Shown here piece after piece: positions 44,597 to 58,257 of a DNA stretch of 64,000 nt (position 1 is the first letter of the stretch; every line of letters begins with the position of its first letter). The notes beneath the pieces were generated by a model. That model ran no database searches. It was given only the letters and a program-made list of their open reading frames with translations, and was not told the origin of the DNA. The stretch is from Octopus vulgaris. Its lineage: Eukaryota. The stretch lies in assembly GCA_951406725.2 (NCBI GenBank), contig OX597816.1, forward strand, positions 79,732,001 through 79,796,000. The letters are read 5' to 3'. A program made the translations under genes and the position numbers.

Positions 44597-47507
44597 TAAT
44601 AATCTTTTCTACGATAAAGTTGTCAGATGAAGGAGGAATTATGAACAAATTGCACACAAACAAAAACAACATAACTTTACATAAATTCGATCATGAAAAT
44701 GACAAATAAAAAAAAAACCCAAAGAAGCAAAACAATGTTTTTTTTCTCTTTCATTAATAATATTTCTAACTGAAAGATTTTTTTCTTTTATTTTGATACC
44801 CATTAACATGTAATCTTTCACGAAGGATGAACTTAGAGAAGAACTCAGAACCAAACAAAATGCTGCACTTGTTTTATAATAGAATATGAGATTCGGATCT
44901 CCGTATCAAATTCTTCGCTAACTCTGTTTACTATAGTATAAAATATTCACAAAACCACGCATCTATTAAAGATGCATTTTTTTCTTTCCTAGGTGAAGTA
45001 AATACTCTACATAGAATTTAACAATGGATAAAGTCAATTATGCGGACGCAAAGAAACCATCGCTTAAGTGGGGAAAAAAAGGTTGTTGACTTGCGATTCA
45101 GCGGGAAGAGCCAATGTGAAATAGACCTCTATGGTTTTTTTAATAAAAATAAAAAAGAAAAAGACTAATGTTTTGAGATGACGCTTTATAACGTTTGAAA
45201 GTATTGTCTATTGTTAGCTTGACGTTTTAATAACAGTTTACTTCCTATCCTGTTTTCTTTTAATAGCTTAAACTCCACGTTTATCGGAGCCAGTCTTGCA
45301 GCAAGCTATTAAATATACAATTAAGTACCAGCTGTATTTCATGAGGCAAGCTGCGAAGTTAGCTTTGCGCTCGTTATGAGCAAATCCTCTCTTGTCATTC
45401 GAAAATGATAAAGTGAAAAGAAAAATATATAATATGTGAAATATATGACTGACCACCGGGCTAATAAATTGTTTATGCCACACATACTAGTTTTGAGGGT
45501 GGATAGTTAGAATCACCTGAATAGCTAATTGAGTTTTATGAGAACTAGTTGTCCTCTGTTCCACCCCCACAAAAGCCAATAAAGACATGTAGCATTGCAA
45601 AGTACTTGGCAATTTGTTTTCATAATGGCTACTCGTGAAACTGAATGAATCTTTTGGATTGTATTGGACACCATACTCTATGTTATAAATCCGAAGCAGC
45701 CTCTAAAGAATCGAAATTTTCTCACAAAAATAAGGCCTTCTAACACCGTTTTATTGTCGCTTTAAACAAGAGAATCTGAAGCTATTATATATCAAACGGT
45801 TTCGACTGAAACGTTTGCTATTGCTATGCTGGTATAACTTCACAATAACAATAGAATTATGAACTTGAGTGTTTAAGAGCATTGGCAGCCCTATGTAATC
45901 CATACTACATTTATATCAATGTTGAAAATGTATATAGAAGCTCTCAATGTAATCCAATGGGAAAGAAGGAAAAAAAATCAAATGAATAGGTTTCCGTTTA
46001 GAGAAAAATATATAGTCTAACATGTGTAATAGGGATTAAGTTATCAGTTTATATACAGTTTTATTTACACACATGTGAGAAAGAATACTTTTAAAGTAAT
46101 CATATGATTCGAAATAGCCGAATTTTGTGTTAATTTGTAGTTTACGTTTAAACGGGAAGTCATTTATACGATGTAAGATATGTTCATAATGGAGTAGGGA
46201 ACCGACACTTACACCAACACAACGATCATGTAATTTGTATACCGCTTTTATGAGGTATATGTTTTAGCAGAAAATCTGAGAAAGAGACTGTAGAAGAGCC
46301 TTATGTAGTTCATTGAAGATATGTGTGTAAACCAGTTATGTGTGCGTGTATGCGTGTATACACTGGTACACGTACACATAAACATACACGTATATGTGTG
46401 TGTGTGTACACTCCTCATACATACATACATACATACATACATACATACATACATACATACATGCATGCATACATACATGCATGCATGCATACACGCATAC
46501 ATACATGCATGCATACACGCATACATACATACATACATACAGACATACATACATACATACATACATACATACATACATACATACATACATACATACATAC
46601 ATACATAATCTTGTGCATACGTTCCGTTGAACACTAAATTCTTCATGGAATTATATGTGCACCTTTGTGATACATATGTGTTGGGCAATTTTGAGGCCAT
46701 ATTTTTTCCAGGCCTGACTACAGCGGAATTTTCCAGAAAGTGCAGATAGAGATAAAGAAAGGGTAAGAGAAAAAGTCGAAAGATCTCATTACTACACATG
46801 ATGTAAAAAGAACTACTTCATGTTCCTTGAAAAACTGTTGATAGGTGTGCTGGGAAAGAAAACGAGAAAAGCCAGTAATGGAGACGAGCGGAGACTGTAA
46901 TAAGAGCATCGGTAGTGGAGATCACTTCATACCAAGTCGTGGAAAGAAGCAAGCACTCCTTCTATCAGAAATAAACAGTAGCAACACACTATCGTCCGAT
47001 GATGAGCGTGATAACCACTGTAGACGAAATAGCCAAGCTACCAAGGAAACACTCAGAAAACAAGGTTTCTTACCTCCTCTCAAACAACTTGAATGCTAAC
47101 AGGCACGCTTCAGTACACTCGGCAGTGGTACGAACATTGGTAGTCGTATAACTCCAACGCTATTTATCCTCTCAATATGTCGACAAGAAGCCAAAATGTT
47201 TTTCCTGTGTTAAGTACTTCTTGGTTTATTTGTGTGTTTTACAATACTTTTCCTTTATTTCTCTGTGATTGTTAATTTTATACATTTATTATTTGCTCTT
47301 ATTTTAATTGTCTAATGTCTTTCATGTTGATGTAAGAAATTCTTAGTGTTGTTTCAAATCTTTACATAACTTATTTTTATCATACTTTATACACTTCTTA
47401 GCAAAAACCTTGTTTAACGCTAATCATATTTGGTCTCTCTCTTCGAGACTGGTTAAAAAGAAACAAAAGTATATCATATCCAGCTCGCTGCCATTTTTAA
47501 TGAAAAA

Positions 47508-47722
47508 GGCGGTGAGCTGGAGAAATAGGTTCTGTGCTGAACAGAATCTTAGCAGCATTTCTTTCGGCCTTTCAGTTCTGAGTTCAAATTCCGCAAAGGT
47601 CGATATTTGCCTGTCATCCTTTCAGGGTTGATAAAATAAGCACCAGTTGAAGACAAAGATCGATGTAATCAACTAACACCCACCCCTTAAAATTTCTGGC
47701 CTTCTGCCTAGATTACAAAGAA
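47508..47722 (+). mobile_element. SINE family A
   Basis: ggcggtgagctggagaa..gttctgagttcaaattccgc. Confidence 0.75.
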
Positions 47723-48329
47723 TTGATATTATTATTTAGTAACCCAACCTCATTTACCTCCAAAAAGGAGACAGTACTCATGGTATTGAAGGCCTTCCGT
47801 AAGCAGTGACTTTAATGGAATCTCGGTTCAATTTGGATGATATAAGTATGAAATCAAGTTAAAATTTCCAGAAAATTGGAATTCTAAAGTAAAATGTAAG
47901 GAGGAAATGTTTATATCAGGATTTTTCTGGGATTGGTTTAAATGATAATATACTATAATACACAAACATGTGTATGTATATATATATAAATATGTGTATG
48001 TGCGTGAGCATTCCCTTCTCCCCTCTCCCTTCATCGTCACCCCTCCCTCGTAACCCCACCCCTACACAATCCAACCCCACCTTCCCTATCCATCCCACCC
48101 CACCTCACCCCATCCCTTACATCCACTCCCACATACTCACCTCTACCCCACCCTTGCTTTCCCCACTCTCGCCTCCACCACATCCCAACACCACCACACC
48201 AAACACCACCACACCAAACACCACCACATCGCATCACATCAAACCACCACGCACACACTAGCACTGACCACTTCCCATCACATATACATACATACATATA
48301 TACACATGTGTATATATACGTACACACAA

Positions 48330-48360
<31 letters not shown>

Positions 48361-48800
48361 CGTGTGCTCGCGCGCACGTATGTGTATGAGTGTACAGTAT
48401 GTTCATTTCCACGTCACTATAACAGTGCAGCGACGCAGTAAAAAGACTGAATAAGTACCAGGCTAAACTCTTTAATGTAGTCACCCCACCTCGCCAGTAT
48501 GGCCGCAGTCCAATGACTGAAGCAAGTAAAAAAATAAACCAAAGAATTAATAATCCACAATAAGAACATTAGTATTTTCTTACATTAACATAAGGTGATG
48601 CATTTGGAGGAAATGTAATAATCGATTGGGGTTGAATCGCATTATTCATCTGGTACTTTTATCAACTCTAGGAAGACGAAACAAAGGATGATCTTGGCGG
48701 GATTTGAACTCAAGCATTAAAAGCATTTTGTTCGACGTTCTAACAATTCAGCCATTACATTAAAATTCACTACTCATGAACCAAAGAGAGCCCATATACA

Positions 48801-48892
48801 GTTAATCCAAACAAGAAAATACAAAAAAAAAAACACAACAACGCGAGGACGTGGAACAAATATAGTATTATTGGACGCTCAGGAAAGAAAAT
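48801..48892 (-). mobile_element. Short copy of the 43041-43125 element with 10-bp target-site duplication
   Basis: gttaatccaaacaagaaa..caacaacgcgaggacgtggaacaaatatagtatt..ggacgctcaggaaagaa flanked by CCCATATACA at 48791-48800 and 48893-48902. Confidence 0.8.
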
Positions 48893-50225
48893 CCCATATA
48901 CATTGCATTGCTCTCAAACAGTTAGACATGGTAGTCAACTTCCCTTAACCATAACCTACTGTCGTCAGAAAAGAAAAAAGGACAAGTCAAACAATGTAGT
49001 CTCTGATATACAAAAGAAAGAGATAGTAACGGCTTAAGAGCCTTTGATCATATGTCTGGAGTTCGAACAATCTCAACAATTTACTACTCTTTTATCTGTT
49101 ATTTCTTTTACGTCAGCTCATTTCTTTCAAGCATATTTTTACCACATCTAAGAGACCATCAGATTTTATGCAATTTATTAGTTGAAAATTCTTTGTTGTT
49201 AGTTTCGAAAAATGTTGCAGTAGTTGTCGGTGGGGTGATACCACTACTATTATTGCTGCTGTTGCTGCTACTGCTGCTGCTACTCCTACTATTACTGCTG
49301 CTGCTGCTCATAATACTGGTGCTAGATACTGATGGTTGTAAAGATAAGTGGAAAGATCGTGTTTATTGATCTCCACTTTAAAGTACTGTTGTTGTTGTCG
49401 TTGTTATTGCTGCCGACGGCACTCATAAAATCCTGTGTGCTTTCATACATATAGGTGTATGAATGAATATAGTAGTAACTTCTACCAGGTGGCAGCCGTG
49501 TGAACGGGAGAATGTTTTATGGAGAAGCAGCTATTAGGCATGATAGGATATAGTATCCTACGGTGTATCGTTAGGAACATCAAAATAAATGAGTATAACA
49601 GTTAATTTGTGACGTGTAGCATAGAGTAGGGGGTTAAGTTCTCGGCGTATTAAAGCTGCAACGAAATTTCAATTTCCCAACCTACATACTACATTCCGCA
49701 TTCTTTTTCACATCACGTACGATTCTAACTTTGAGATATTTTATATCGACACTGTCCGAGTGTGTCTGAAGTAAATAAGCAGGGCATATCGTCGAAAAAT
49801 ATGTTGTTAATACTATATAAATGTTTTCTTTGCATTGATGTTTGTGTATGATTTCGTGGCGGCGTTAACTCCCGGTTAAGAAATCAGTATAATTCGGATG
49901 TCATTTCACGGTGTTAATAACTATTGCAGAGAGTTATTTGGAATGAAATATTTATATTCAAATGTGCTCACTAAATGCACATCAAAACATCTACCATGGA
50001 TTTTAATGAAAGACACGTCAATCCAATCATTTCGCTTCAATTACCTACTGAATATGATGCTAATCTAGCTCACGTGACCTTCTCAGAGGATTTGGTGCAT
50101 TTGCATGGCGGGTGGACGAACTGAGGTGTCGAGGAATTATAAGCATTGCTGACATGCGCAGATCTCAACGGCCATTTTGCAATCAGTGAGGTTAAAATAG
50201 TATGCCTCATTTTATATACTTACAT

Positions 50226-50285
<60 letters not shown>

Positions 50286-50419
50286 TACCTTGGGGCCTAC
50301 AATTGCGGGCCTTGTGCATTATCAGCTTTGGTAGAGCACATCGGTTGTCAGCTCAGAAGAAATAGGGGAATCCATTAGACACACACACACTTATTGTGTG
50401 TGCGTGTGTTGTGTGTGCT

Positions 50420-50498
<79 letters not shown>

Positions 50499-51394
50499 AT
50501 ATGTATGTATATGTGTATGTACACATAATGACATAGTAATTCGTTTTTTTAATGCTCCGTCAAATTCGAACATGAATTTGCAATTCGCTAGTGTATTTTA
50601 TCTTTGTTGAATGTTTTCTCTTTTCAGACGATGTATGTTCACAACACACTCTATTTATAGAGGAAAGAGGGCTTTGAAAAAATGCAAGGTTTTGACTTTG
50701 CTGTGTTTCTTATGTCAAAGCTACCTCGGGATCAATGAATCTAAACAAGATTTGTGGATCCGGGTTAAAGCATTCAATAAATAGGTTATTTGCTAATGCG
50801 TTCAGCTGACTTCCAAACCGATAATAATTCATCATATGCATGGAGAACATCAAAATAGAGTGTATTGTAAGGGCACATTCGCCTGAAAGGAGAAGTTGTT
50901 CTCTGAAGAAATACAAAAGCGATTATCATATTTACGTTCGAATCTGCAGGAATGTATTATGAATGTATGATGTTCTCTGTGCACATGAAAGATCCCACGC
51001 ACGCACGCTAGCACACACACACATATGCACACACATATATTTCGGTCAAATTTCTCCATTCTCACAAAAGCTGCTCTTCATAACCCTTGTAAAAACATAC
51101 TCAAGTTCTTGAGCTGTTTATGTGAGCAATTAGTTTTTCATTTGTAATTCGTGCTTATTATTACTCTACGAGAACTTAATGAAATTTGTCTTTGAAAAAT
51201 GAACAAAATTAAGTAAAGTGTTAAGAAGTATCCCCCGAGAAGTGTTCTTAAATGTCACCCGAGTTAAATGAGTTAACAATACTTATCTGATGTAAACAGC
51301 ATAATTCATGACCATTGTTGGTATATTATTTTTCATTACGAAAATTATGCAAATTTACTTTATATCCACAGCTGGATATACGAAATTGTAATAT

Positions 51395-51604
51395 GCGGCT
51401 ACTGACAGAATCGATAGCACGCTGGGCAAAAAGCTTAGCAGTATTTCGACCGTCTTTGCGTTCTGAATTCAAATTATACCGAGGATGACTTTGCCTTTCA
51501 TACTTCGGGATCGATAAAATAAGTACCAGCTGAGCACCGGCGTCGATGTAATCGACTTCCGCGCTCCCCCAAAGTTGCTGGCTTTGTGCCAAAATGTGAA
51601 ACCA
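51395..51604 (+). mobile_element. SINE family A
   Basis: ctgacagaatcgatagcacgctgggcaaaaagcttagc..gataaaataagtaccag. Confidence 0.75.
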
Positions 51605-51685
51605 ATATTTATATTTACGCTGAAACACAGGTGTGCGCACACACGCGCGCTCGCACGCATGCACATACACACACACACACAAACA

Positions 51686-51728
<43 letters not shown>

Positions 51729-53149
51729 GCACACACACATACACACACAACAGACATATAACATTCAATATTGGTGTTAGAAGACGAGAATGTTATGCGA
51801 GAGATCGTCATAATACAGAAATCTCAAATGCAATTATAAATACAAGATGGCAGCTAATTTATGTAAAACGGTTCAGTATTTCTGAAACCGTTGTTTCTTA
51901 ATCAATGGGATATGAAAGTCTATTGTCATTAGCTGATAAACAAACGCCCAGGAAGAAGAAACATTTCTTTTGATGAATTTATATCCTATCAATATAGCTT
52001 TCCGCTGAAGCTATAACTAGATGATTGCTTTCGCTGTACTAAATCCTCAAAGTGCTTTCATCATCACCACCATCATCAACATCATCGTCATCGTCATCAT
52101 CGTCTTCCCCATCGTCGTCTTCGTCGTCATCATCGTTGTTATCGTGATTTCTATCATCATCATATTCATCATTCCTGTAGTAAGAAATTGACTGATCATT
52201 CATTAACAACTTCCCAATTGTCATGGCAGGTGAATGCCAAAATAAATAAAGCCTTATTGCTGTCGTTTTCAGATTATGTTTTGAGTTCAAAACCCATCCG
52301 AATTTTACTTTGTTTTTAACCCTTCGTAAATCGATAAAGTAAATATTTGTCAAAGAATGGGAACAGTTTAAATCTAAACGCATTTGCCTTTTCTCTAAAT
52401 TTTTGGCTTTGTATCTATATTAAGTGATTAATCAGGGTATGTCTATAAGTATACAACTGGAGAGGAATATCCATACTGTCCAAAGCAAGTTACTAGTCCG
52501 AGGATCCTCTTCAAATACTGGAGTTTGATTCAATTCGGCTATTAAGCTTCTTTAGGTCAGTTCTGATGAGAAAGACTTCTGACAAAAATATTCCCATCCA
52601 CCCATGGCCATCTTAATTTTATTTACAGACAATGTAGCCAAGGCTGCAACGTGTCATTTCTTCTTTTTGGATACTAAGGTATGACTTGAAAGTAATTTGA
52701 CCACGAGAATGAGTGACCACGCAAAAGTTTCCCACTGGATGCCACCCTAGTAGGTGTATGTTAATATCCTCTGTAGGTGTTTCTAGGTAACTACTCCAGC
52801 AAGGTAGGAATCATAACAGAAATTCTGTGAGAGGTTAATGTCCTTTCTGAGATGAAGATGTGTAACTTGTGTTCTTAAAGTTTCAAAAAGTAGTTAAATT
52901 CTGGTATACGTAAGGGTTAATATTTGGGACCTAGATGCTTGGGAAAGCTTTTTATATAATTCGTGACTATGAAACTTTACGACAGCAAAAGAAATCAGTG
53001 TTCAAGAACTCGATGAATGGTGCAATACCATAAACCAGGAATCGAGTATGACATTGTAATATGTACCATGCTTTTGCTAATTGCTTTAAGTGACTGTCTA
53101 GCTGCGATCAAACACCAGAAACTCTCTCGGCACTATAAATCTTGACTCA

Positions 53150-53342
53150 GCAACCAGAATGCGACAGCTGGAGGGAGAGAGAGCTGCATCAGCAGCTGAC
53201 TTGCAGTCATTTTTCAGCTGAATGGACTGGGGAAACGTAACATGAAGTACATTGCTTAGAGACACAACGTCCCGACCGGTTCAGGAACTGAACTTGCGAG
53301 CTTGTAATCGTGAGCCCAATGCCCTTATTACTCGGCCGCGCG
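53150..53342 (-). mobile_element. tRNA-derived SINE (family C-related, reverse, diverged)
   Basis: Minus strand gcgcgcggccgagtaa..gttcagttcctgaaccgg..tgtgtctctaagcaa..ccagtccattcagctg. Confidence 0.6.
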
Positions 53343-53672
53343 CAAAATATTGTTATTTTGCTTGTCTCCAAGAACTAGAATCACAAGTCCATGTCCACAT
53401 GCAACTATTGATATATTTCTGAGTAAAGTATTCTATTCTAGAGACACCATCATGACTAATTATTAGATCGTCGATTTCAGACTAATTATTATTTTCTGTT
53501 AGTAAGCCAGTGTGGTAACATTACCGAAAATATTTGTTTTTAGTTAGTATGAGTAAAAGGGACAGCATCCAAAGAACTTTATTTTGTCCGACGCTGTTGG
53601 GTTGGGATTGAGATAACTTATTATCGTATTATCGGTTAGTACTCAGTTTAGTTTAGCACACGCACACATTTA

Positions 53673-53727
53673 TTAAGTAGAGCCAGAATTCAATTTGTTT
53701 TTTTAATTGAATTCTGGCTCTACTTAA
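53673..53727. repeat. Perfect 23-bp inverted repeat with 9-nt loop
   Basis: TTAAGTAGAGCCAGAATTCAATT tgttttttt AATTGAATTCTGGCTCTACTTAA. Confidence 0.95.
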
Positions 53728-54958
53728 GAAGTATTAACACCAAAAAGCAATCTTTATATCAAATGTAGCGTGGATATTCTGTTAAAACAGAGAATATTGA
53801 GTCACTGTTGTCATTGTTGTTTAGTCACCGATTGTTTCTGGGACAAATCTATAACTAAAAGCGTTCATTCAGTCTCTTTACGAATACATAAAGCTACATT
53901 ATCCAACGAGTCGTTTCCCCATTTTCTAAGCCGGCAGGATATAAGTTGAAGAAGATTTGGCTGCTGTTATTTCTAACATATACAGAAACCTTGAAAACGT
54001 TCTCTTGTTGGCTCATGAAACGTGCAAGTTAGCGGAATAAAAAATACTTTAATGGGGAGAGAATTCTACCTGAAAGCAGTTTGGACAAAGAAAAATGTGA
54101 AAATTATTTAGTACATAGTCAAGCAGAAGAAACTATGACAGCTGAAGGGGAGGAAGAGACGTGGAGGAAGCGATTAGGCTTTGGTAGGCGTAGGACCGTC
54201 CTAAACAAGTTCACAAATAAGGAAATCGTTACTGTCGTTGCTGAGCACCAACTCAAACTTCATCTAACACATCTATAGTCGAAGGCATTCCTTATCTGAC
54301 CATTCTGTCTAACATTGTGTAACTAAGTCTACAGGATCTAATGTGTCCTCTCATTAGGACACTGTGGGTTGAATTTGAAGGGAATTACAGCATAACTCAT
54401 TATTGTTTTTCTTATTAGTATTGAACTTCAGGTCATCTCCGAACGAGCTTATCTACGATCAAAAGTATTCCAACCGTAACCTGGTGTAATTTGAGGTTGA
54501 TTTCAGACTACTACTTTTAACGGTTTGAAAGACCTCACAGAGACTCAATAACTGAATCGCACAGAAACTGCTGTACAAGTGGGAAAATGCAGCTATATTG
54601 TGAGTTAGTGGTGGATGGGGAGAGATGGTGAAAGTATGGCTTGACTATCAAGCAGAATCAAGCAGAAATGATATTTGCACTTTATGATTACATTTACAGT
54701 AAGAGAATGAACTACCAACAGCCATAGGAATTTCGAATCGATAACATAAATTATTGATTATTTCAAACATCATAGAACACACTTCACAGGAAACATTTAG
54801 AGGAGTTGGTTTTACAGCAGGTAGAAACTGATAAACGTTTCATTTATTTCACATACAGATTAAATATATAGTTAAACATGAAATGTCTGTGCTATAATCA
54901 ACAGTACTCATATGTGAGGTTTTCATTAGTCCTATAGACTTCAGAGGAGAAGAAACTA

Positions 54959-55400
54959 ACGTTCATTCATTATTTAAGGGCATTAACGAATTATTTATAT
55001 CATATATTATCAGCAGTGATGACACCGAAGACTGGATGTTTGAATTCACTTGCACCACGTTTCTAGCCATTTTTACGTTCATTCGTTATTGAAGAGTTAA
55101 TAACGGATCATATATTGTCAGCAGTTGATGTGACACCAAAGACTAGGTGTTAGGATACAATTTCATCATCTTTTTGGCTAGTCTTACGTTCAATCATTAT
55201 TTAGGAGTATTACCAAATTATTTACATCATTTATTATCTGCATTTGCTGTGACACCGGAGACTAGGTGTTGGGATTCAATCAAAACAGAAGTCATTCTTA
55301 CGTTCATTCATTATTTATGAGTATTAGCGAATTAGTTACAGCATTTATTATCGACAGTTATTATGATACTGAAGACTGGGTGTATAGATTCAATTACATA
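54959..55400. repeat. Diverged tandem repeat, 4 units of about 110-117 bp
   Basis: Units start acgttca(t/a)tc at 54959, 55076, 55186, 55300; each contains gacacc..agact.g.tgt. Confidence 0.85.
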
Positions 55401-56403
55401 ACATTCCTGGTCATAACGGCTATTAATTAATTACCTCCAAGCATTTCTTTCAAATCGTTAAATCCTCAAAGAGTAAAACCAAATCGTTGTTAGTGTTAAT
55501 GAGGACATTTATGACATTTATCCGCCGAGTCAGTCCTGACAGAGCAGACCCGAGATAAAAGGTGTTTCAGCAATGAAACATCTTTTGTAGCCTCTGATAT
55601 ATCTAGAGCTACATTGCGTGATTTCACTGAGCTTTGGTTGCTATTTCCAGCAGGATGAAGGACAGTGTTAATTTGCCCTTGTTGGCGCTTTTGTATTTGG
55701 AATGCAAATCAGATACTTCAAATGGTAGAACTCAAAACTGGAGTAAATTAAGTGAAATATCTAAAACTGAGATCCAAATATAGAATGCAGTCTCGGCATA
55801 GGCCTAGTGAATACCGACTCCTTTAAATCATTTTTCATATATGCAGTTTTACTTGCTACGCCTACACACAAGGGGTCACTTTTATCCGATGCTCAAGAAA
55901 GGGATTAAAATATAAGAAAATTAGAGAGGCGATCAAACCACGTTGTTGATTTGTAGCCAAATCTACTTTATAACCATCCACTGTTTCACTCAGCCTATTC
56001 GAGATGATTGAACGAAATGCAAAGTTGCTACAAAATGTATGTCAAAACAAAATAATTGATATTGGTTTGAACGCAAATGACTTTTTCACCTTAGAATACG
56101 AAGCCAACAAAGAAGGATTTAAATAATGGACTCTAATGGAAATATATCATTACGAATCACATGATCATATGGCAGCAGTGCCACCGCTGCTCAAAGAATG
56201 ATATTTACCAATATATATATAGCAAGGTTAAGTAGACCAATAAAAATTAGTGAAACGGTCATGAGTACCAGCGCAGCACCTATTTGACAGGATAATAACT
56301 TTCTGCTGAATTGCTGTTACTCTACTCACTCGAGCACTTATGTAATTCACGCGCAAGTCTCACCCCAAAGCTTCTTATTCTACAGAAATTGCATCAAATG
56401 TTA

Positions 56404-56437
<34 letters not shown>

Positions 56438-56441
56438 GAAA

Positions 56442-56835
56442 GAGTGGCTGTGCGGTAATTAGGTTGCTTACTAACCACATAGTTCCGGGTTCAGTCCCAT
56501 TGCGTGGCACCTTGGGCAAGCGTCTTCTACTAATAGCCTCGTGCCGACCAAAGCCTTGTGAGTGGATTTGGTTGACTGAAACTGAAAGAAGCCCATCGTA
56601 TATATGCGTGTGTGCGTGTGTGTGTATATGTTTCTGTTCTGTGTTTGTCACCCCAACATTGCTTGACAACCGATGCTGGTGTGCTTACGTCCCCGTAACT
56701 TAGCGGTTCGGTAAAAGAGACCGATAGAATAAGTATTAGGCTTACAAAGAATAAGTTCAGGAGTCGATTTGCTCGACTAAAGGCGGTGCTCCAGCATGGC
56801 CGCAGTCAAATGACTGAAACAAGTAAAAGAATAAA
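56442..56835 (+). mobile_element. SINE family B, near full length
   Basis: gagtggctgtgcggtaa (A-box-like)..gggttcagtccc (B-box-like)..caccttgggcaag..aaacaagtaaaagaataaa. Confidence 0.85.
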
Positions 56836-57106
56836 CGAATAAAAGAATAAAAGAAGATATAGTCCTGACCAAAATTTTGGAACATAGGTCTGCAAATTAC
56901 AATATATATTTTAAGTGAGCAAAGTTATATTTAATTTGCAATATATCGTTACTTGGCCAAAAGTTTGGAACGTCGGTTTAAAAATTAGAAATTTTATATT
57001 AAATGCCCAAACTTACATTTGATTTGCAGTTCAGTATATTATTATTACTTACAGTAATATGGTAGGTATAACAATTTTAATTTAGGAAAACCGTTCCTAA
57101 CTTTTG

Positions 57107-57160
<54 letters not shown>

Positions 57161-57238
57161 TATATATACATTGGTAGAAATGGTAAGACAACAAAAGAAT
57201 GAAAGAAACCATGATATTATTTAAATAAAGGAATTTAT

Positions 57239-57460
57239 CTGTAAATAAAATATGTGACAATTATTCGATAGCTATGATAAAACTCCGAGTTTCGGATGTC
57301 GGGGCGGTACCCACGCCGCCATCTCTTCAGTTATCGGACCATCGATAGCATTTTTTCGATGGCCCGATAGCTGAAGAGTTGGCGGTGTGGGTTTCCGCCT
57401 GGACATCCGAAACTCGGAGTTTTATCATAGCTATCGAATAATTGTCACATATATTTACAG
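57239..57460. mobile_element. Approx. 220-bp near-perfect palindrome with a hammerhead motif in each arm (57276-57335 minus; 57366-57426 plus)
   Basis: GATA(A/G)-CTGAAGA-G..GGCGG..CCGCC..ATCC-GAA-ACTCGGAGT-T-TTATC on both strands. Followed by (TA)n. Confidence 0.8.
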
Positions 57461-57483
57461 ATATATATATATATATTTGTATG

Positions 57484-57527
<44 letters not shown>

Positions 57528-57647
57528 CATATATACATACATACATACATACACAAACAGATACACACATGCACATACGCACACATAGTATGTATGTATG
57601 TATGTAGACATATATGTATATGTATCATATAAATATATATTGAGGTA

Positions 57648-58024
57648 GGTGCAGGAGTGGCTGTGTGGTAAGTAGGTTGCTTACCAACCACATGGTTCTG
57701 GGTTCAGTCCCACTGCGTGGCACCTTGGGCAAGTGTCTTCTACTATAGTCTCGGGCCGACCAAGTATAGTGACGGAAACTGAAAGAAGCCCGTCGTAGAT
57801 ATATATGTGTGTATGTGTGTGTGTGTGTGTGTGTGTTTGTGTTTGTCTCCCCTCCCCACAACATCGCTTAACAACCGATGCTGGTGTGTTTACGTCCCCG
57901 TAACGTAGCAGACCGATAGAATAAATATTAGGCTTTTACAAAGAATAAGTCCTGGGGTCAATTTGCTCGACTAAAGGTGGTGCTCCATCATGACCGCAGT
58001 CAAAAGACTCTGAAACAAGTAAAA

Positions 58025-58026
<2 letters not shown>
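57648..58026 (+). mobile_element. SINE family B, near full length
   Basis: Same architecture as 56442-56835. Confidence 0.85.
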
Positions 58027-58066
<40 letters not shown>

Positions 58067-58155
58067 TATATATATATAATTCACTCCATTTACGTATATG
58101 TACACACACACATATATATAAATCAGTCCATATATATATATATGTACATACATAC

Positions 58156-58257
<102 letters not shown>

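Noticed and set aside
44639-44854. Minus-strand ORF with LSVRNII / SFVKDY resembling an eh1/TN motif (candidate Nkx2.2 exon 1)
   Set aside because: Lacks the invariant Phe and DIL spacing, runs into a TE tail, and the rest does not resemble Nkx2 N-termini.
46845-47099. 84-aa plus-strand ORF in more complex sequence
   Set aside because: No recognisable domain, stops in flanking frames; probably TE debris.
54959-55400. Possible CRISPR-like repeat/spacer pattern
   Set aside because: Whole units are homologous, context is eukaryotic, no cas genes.
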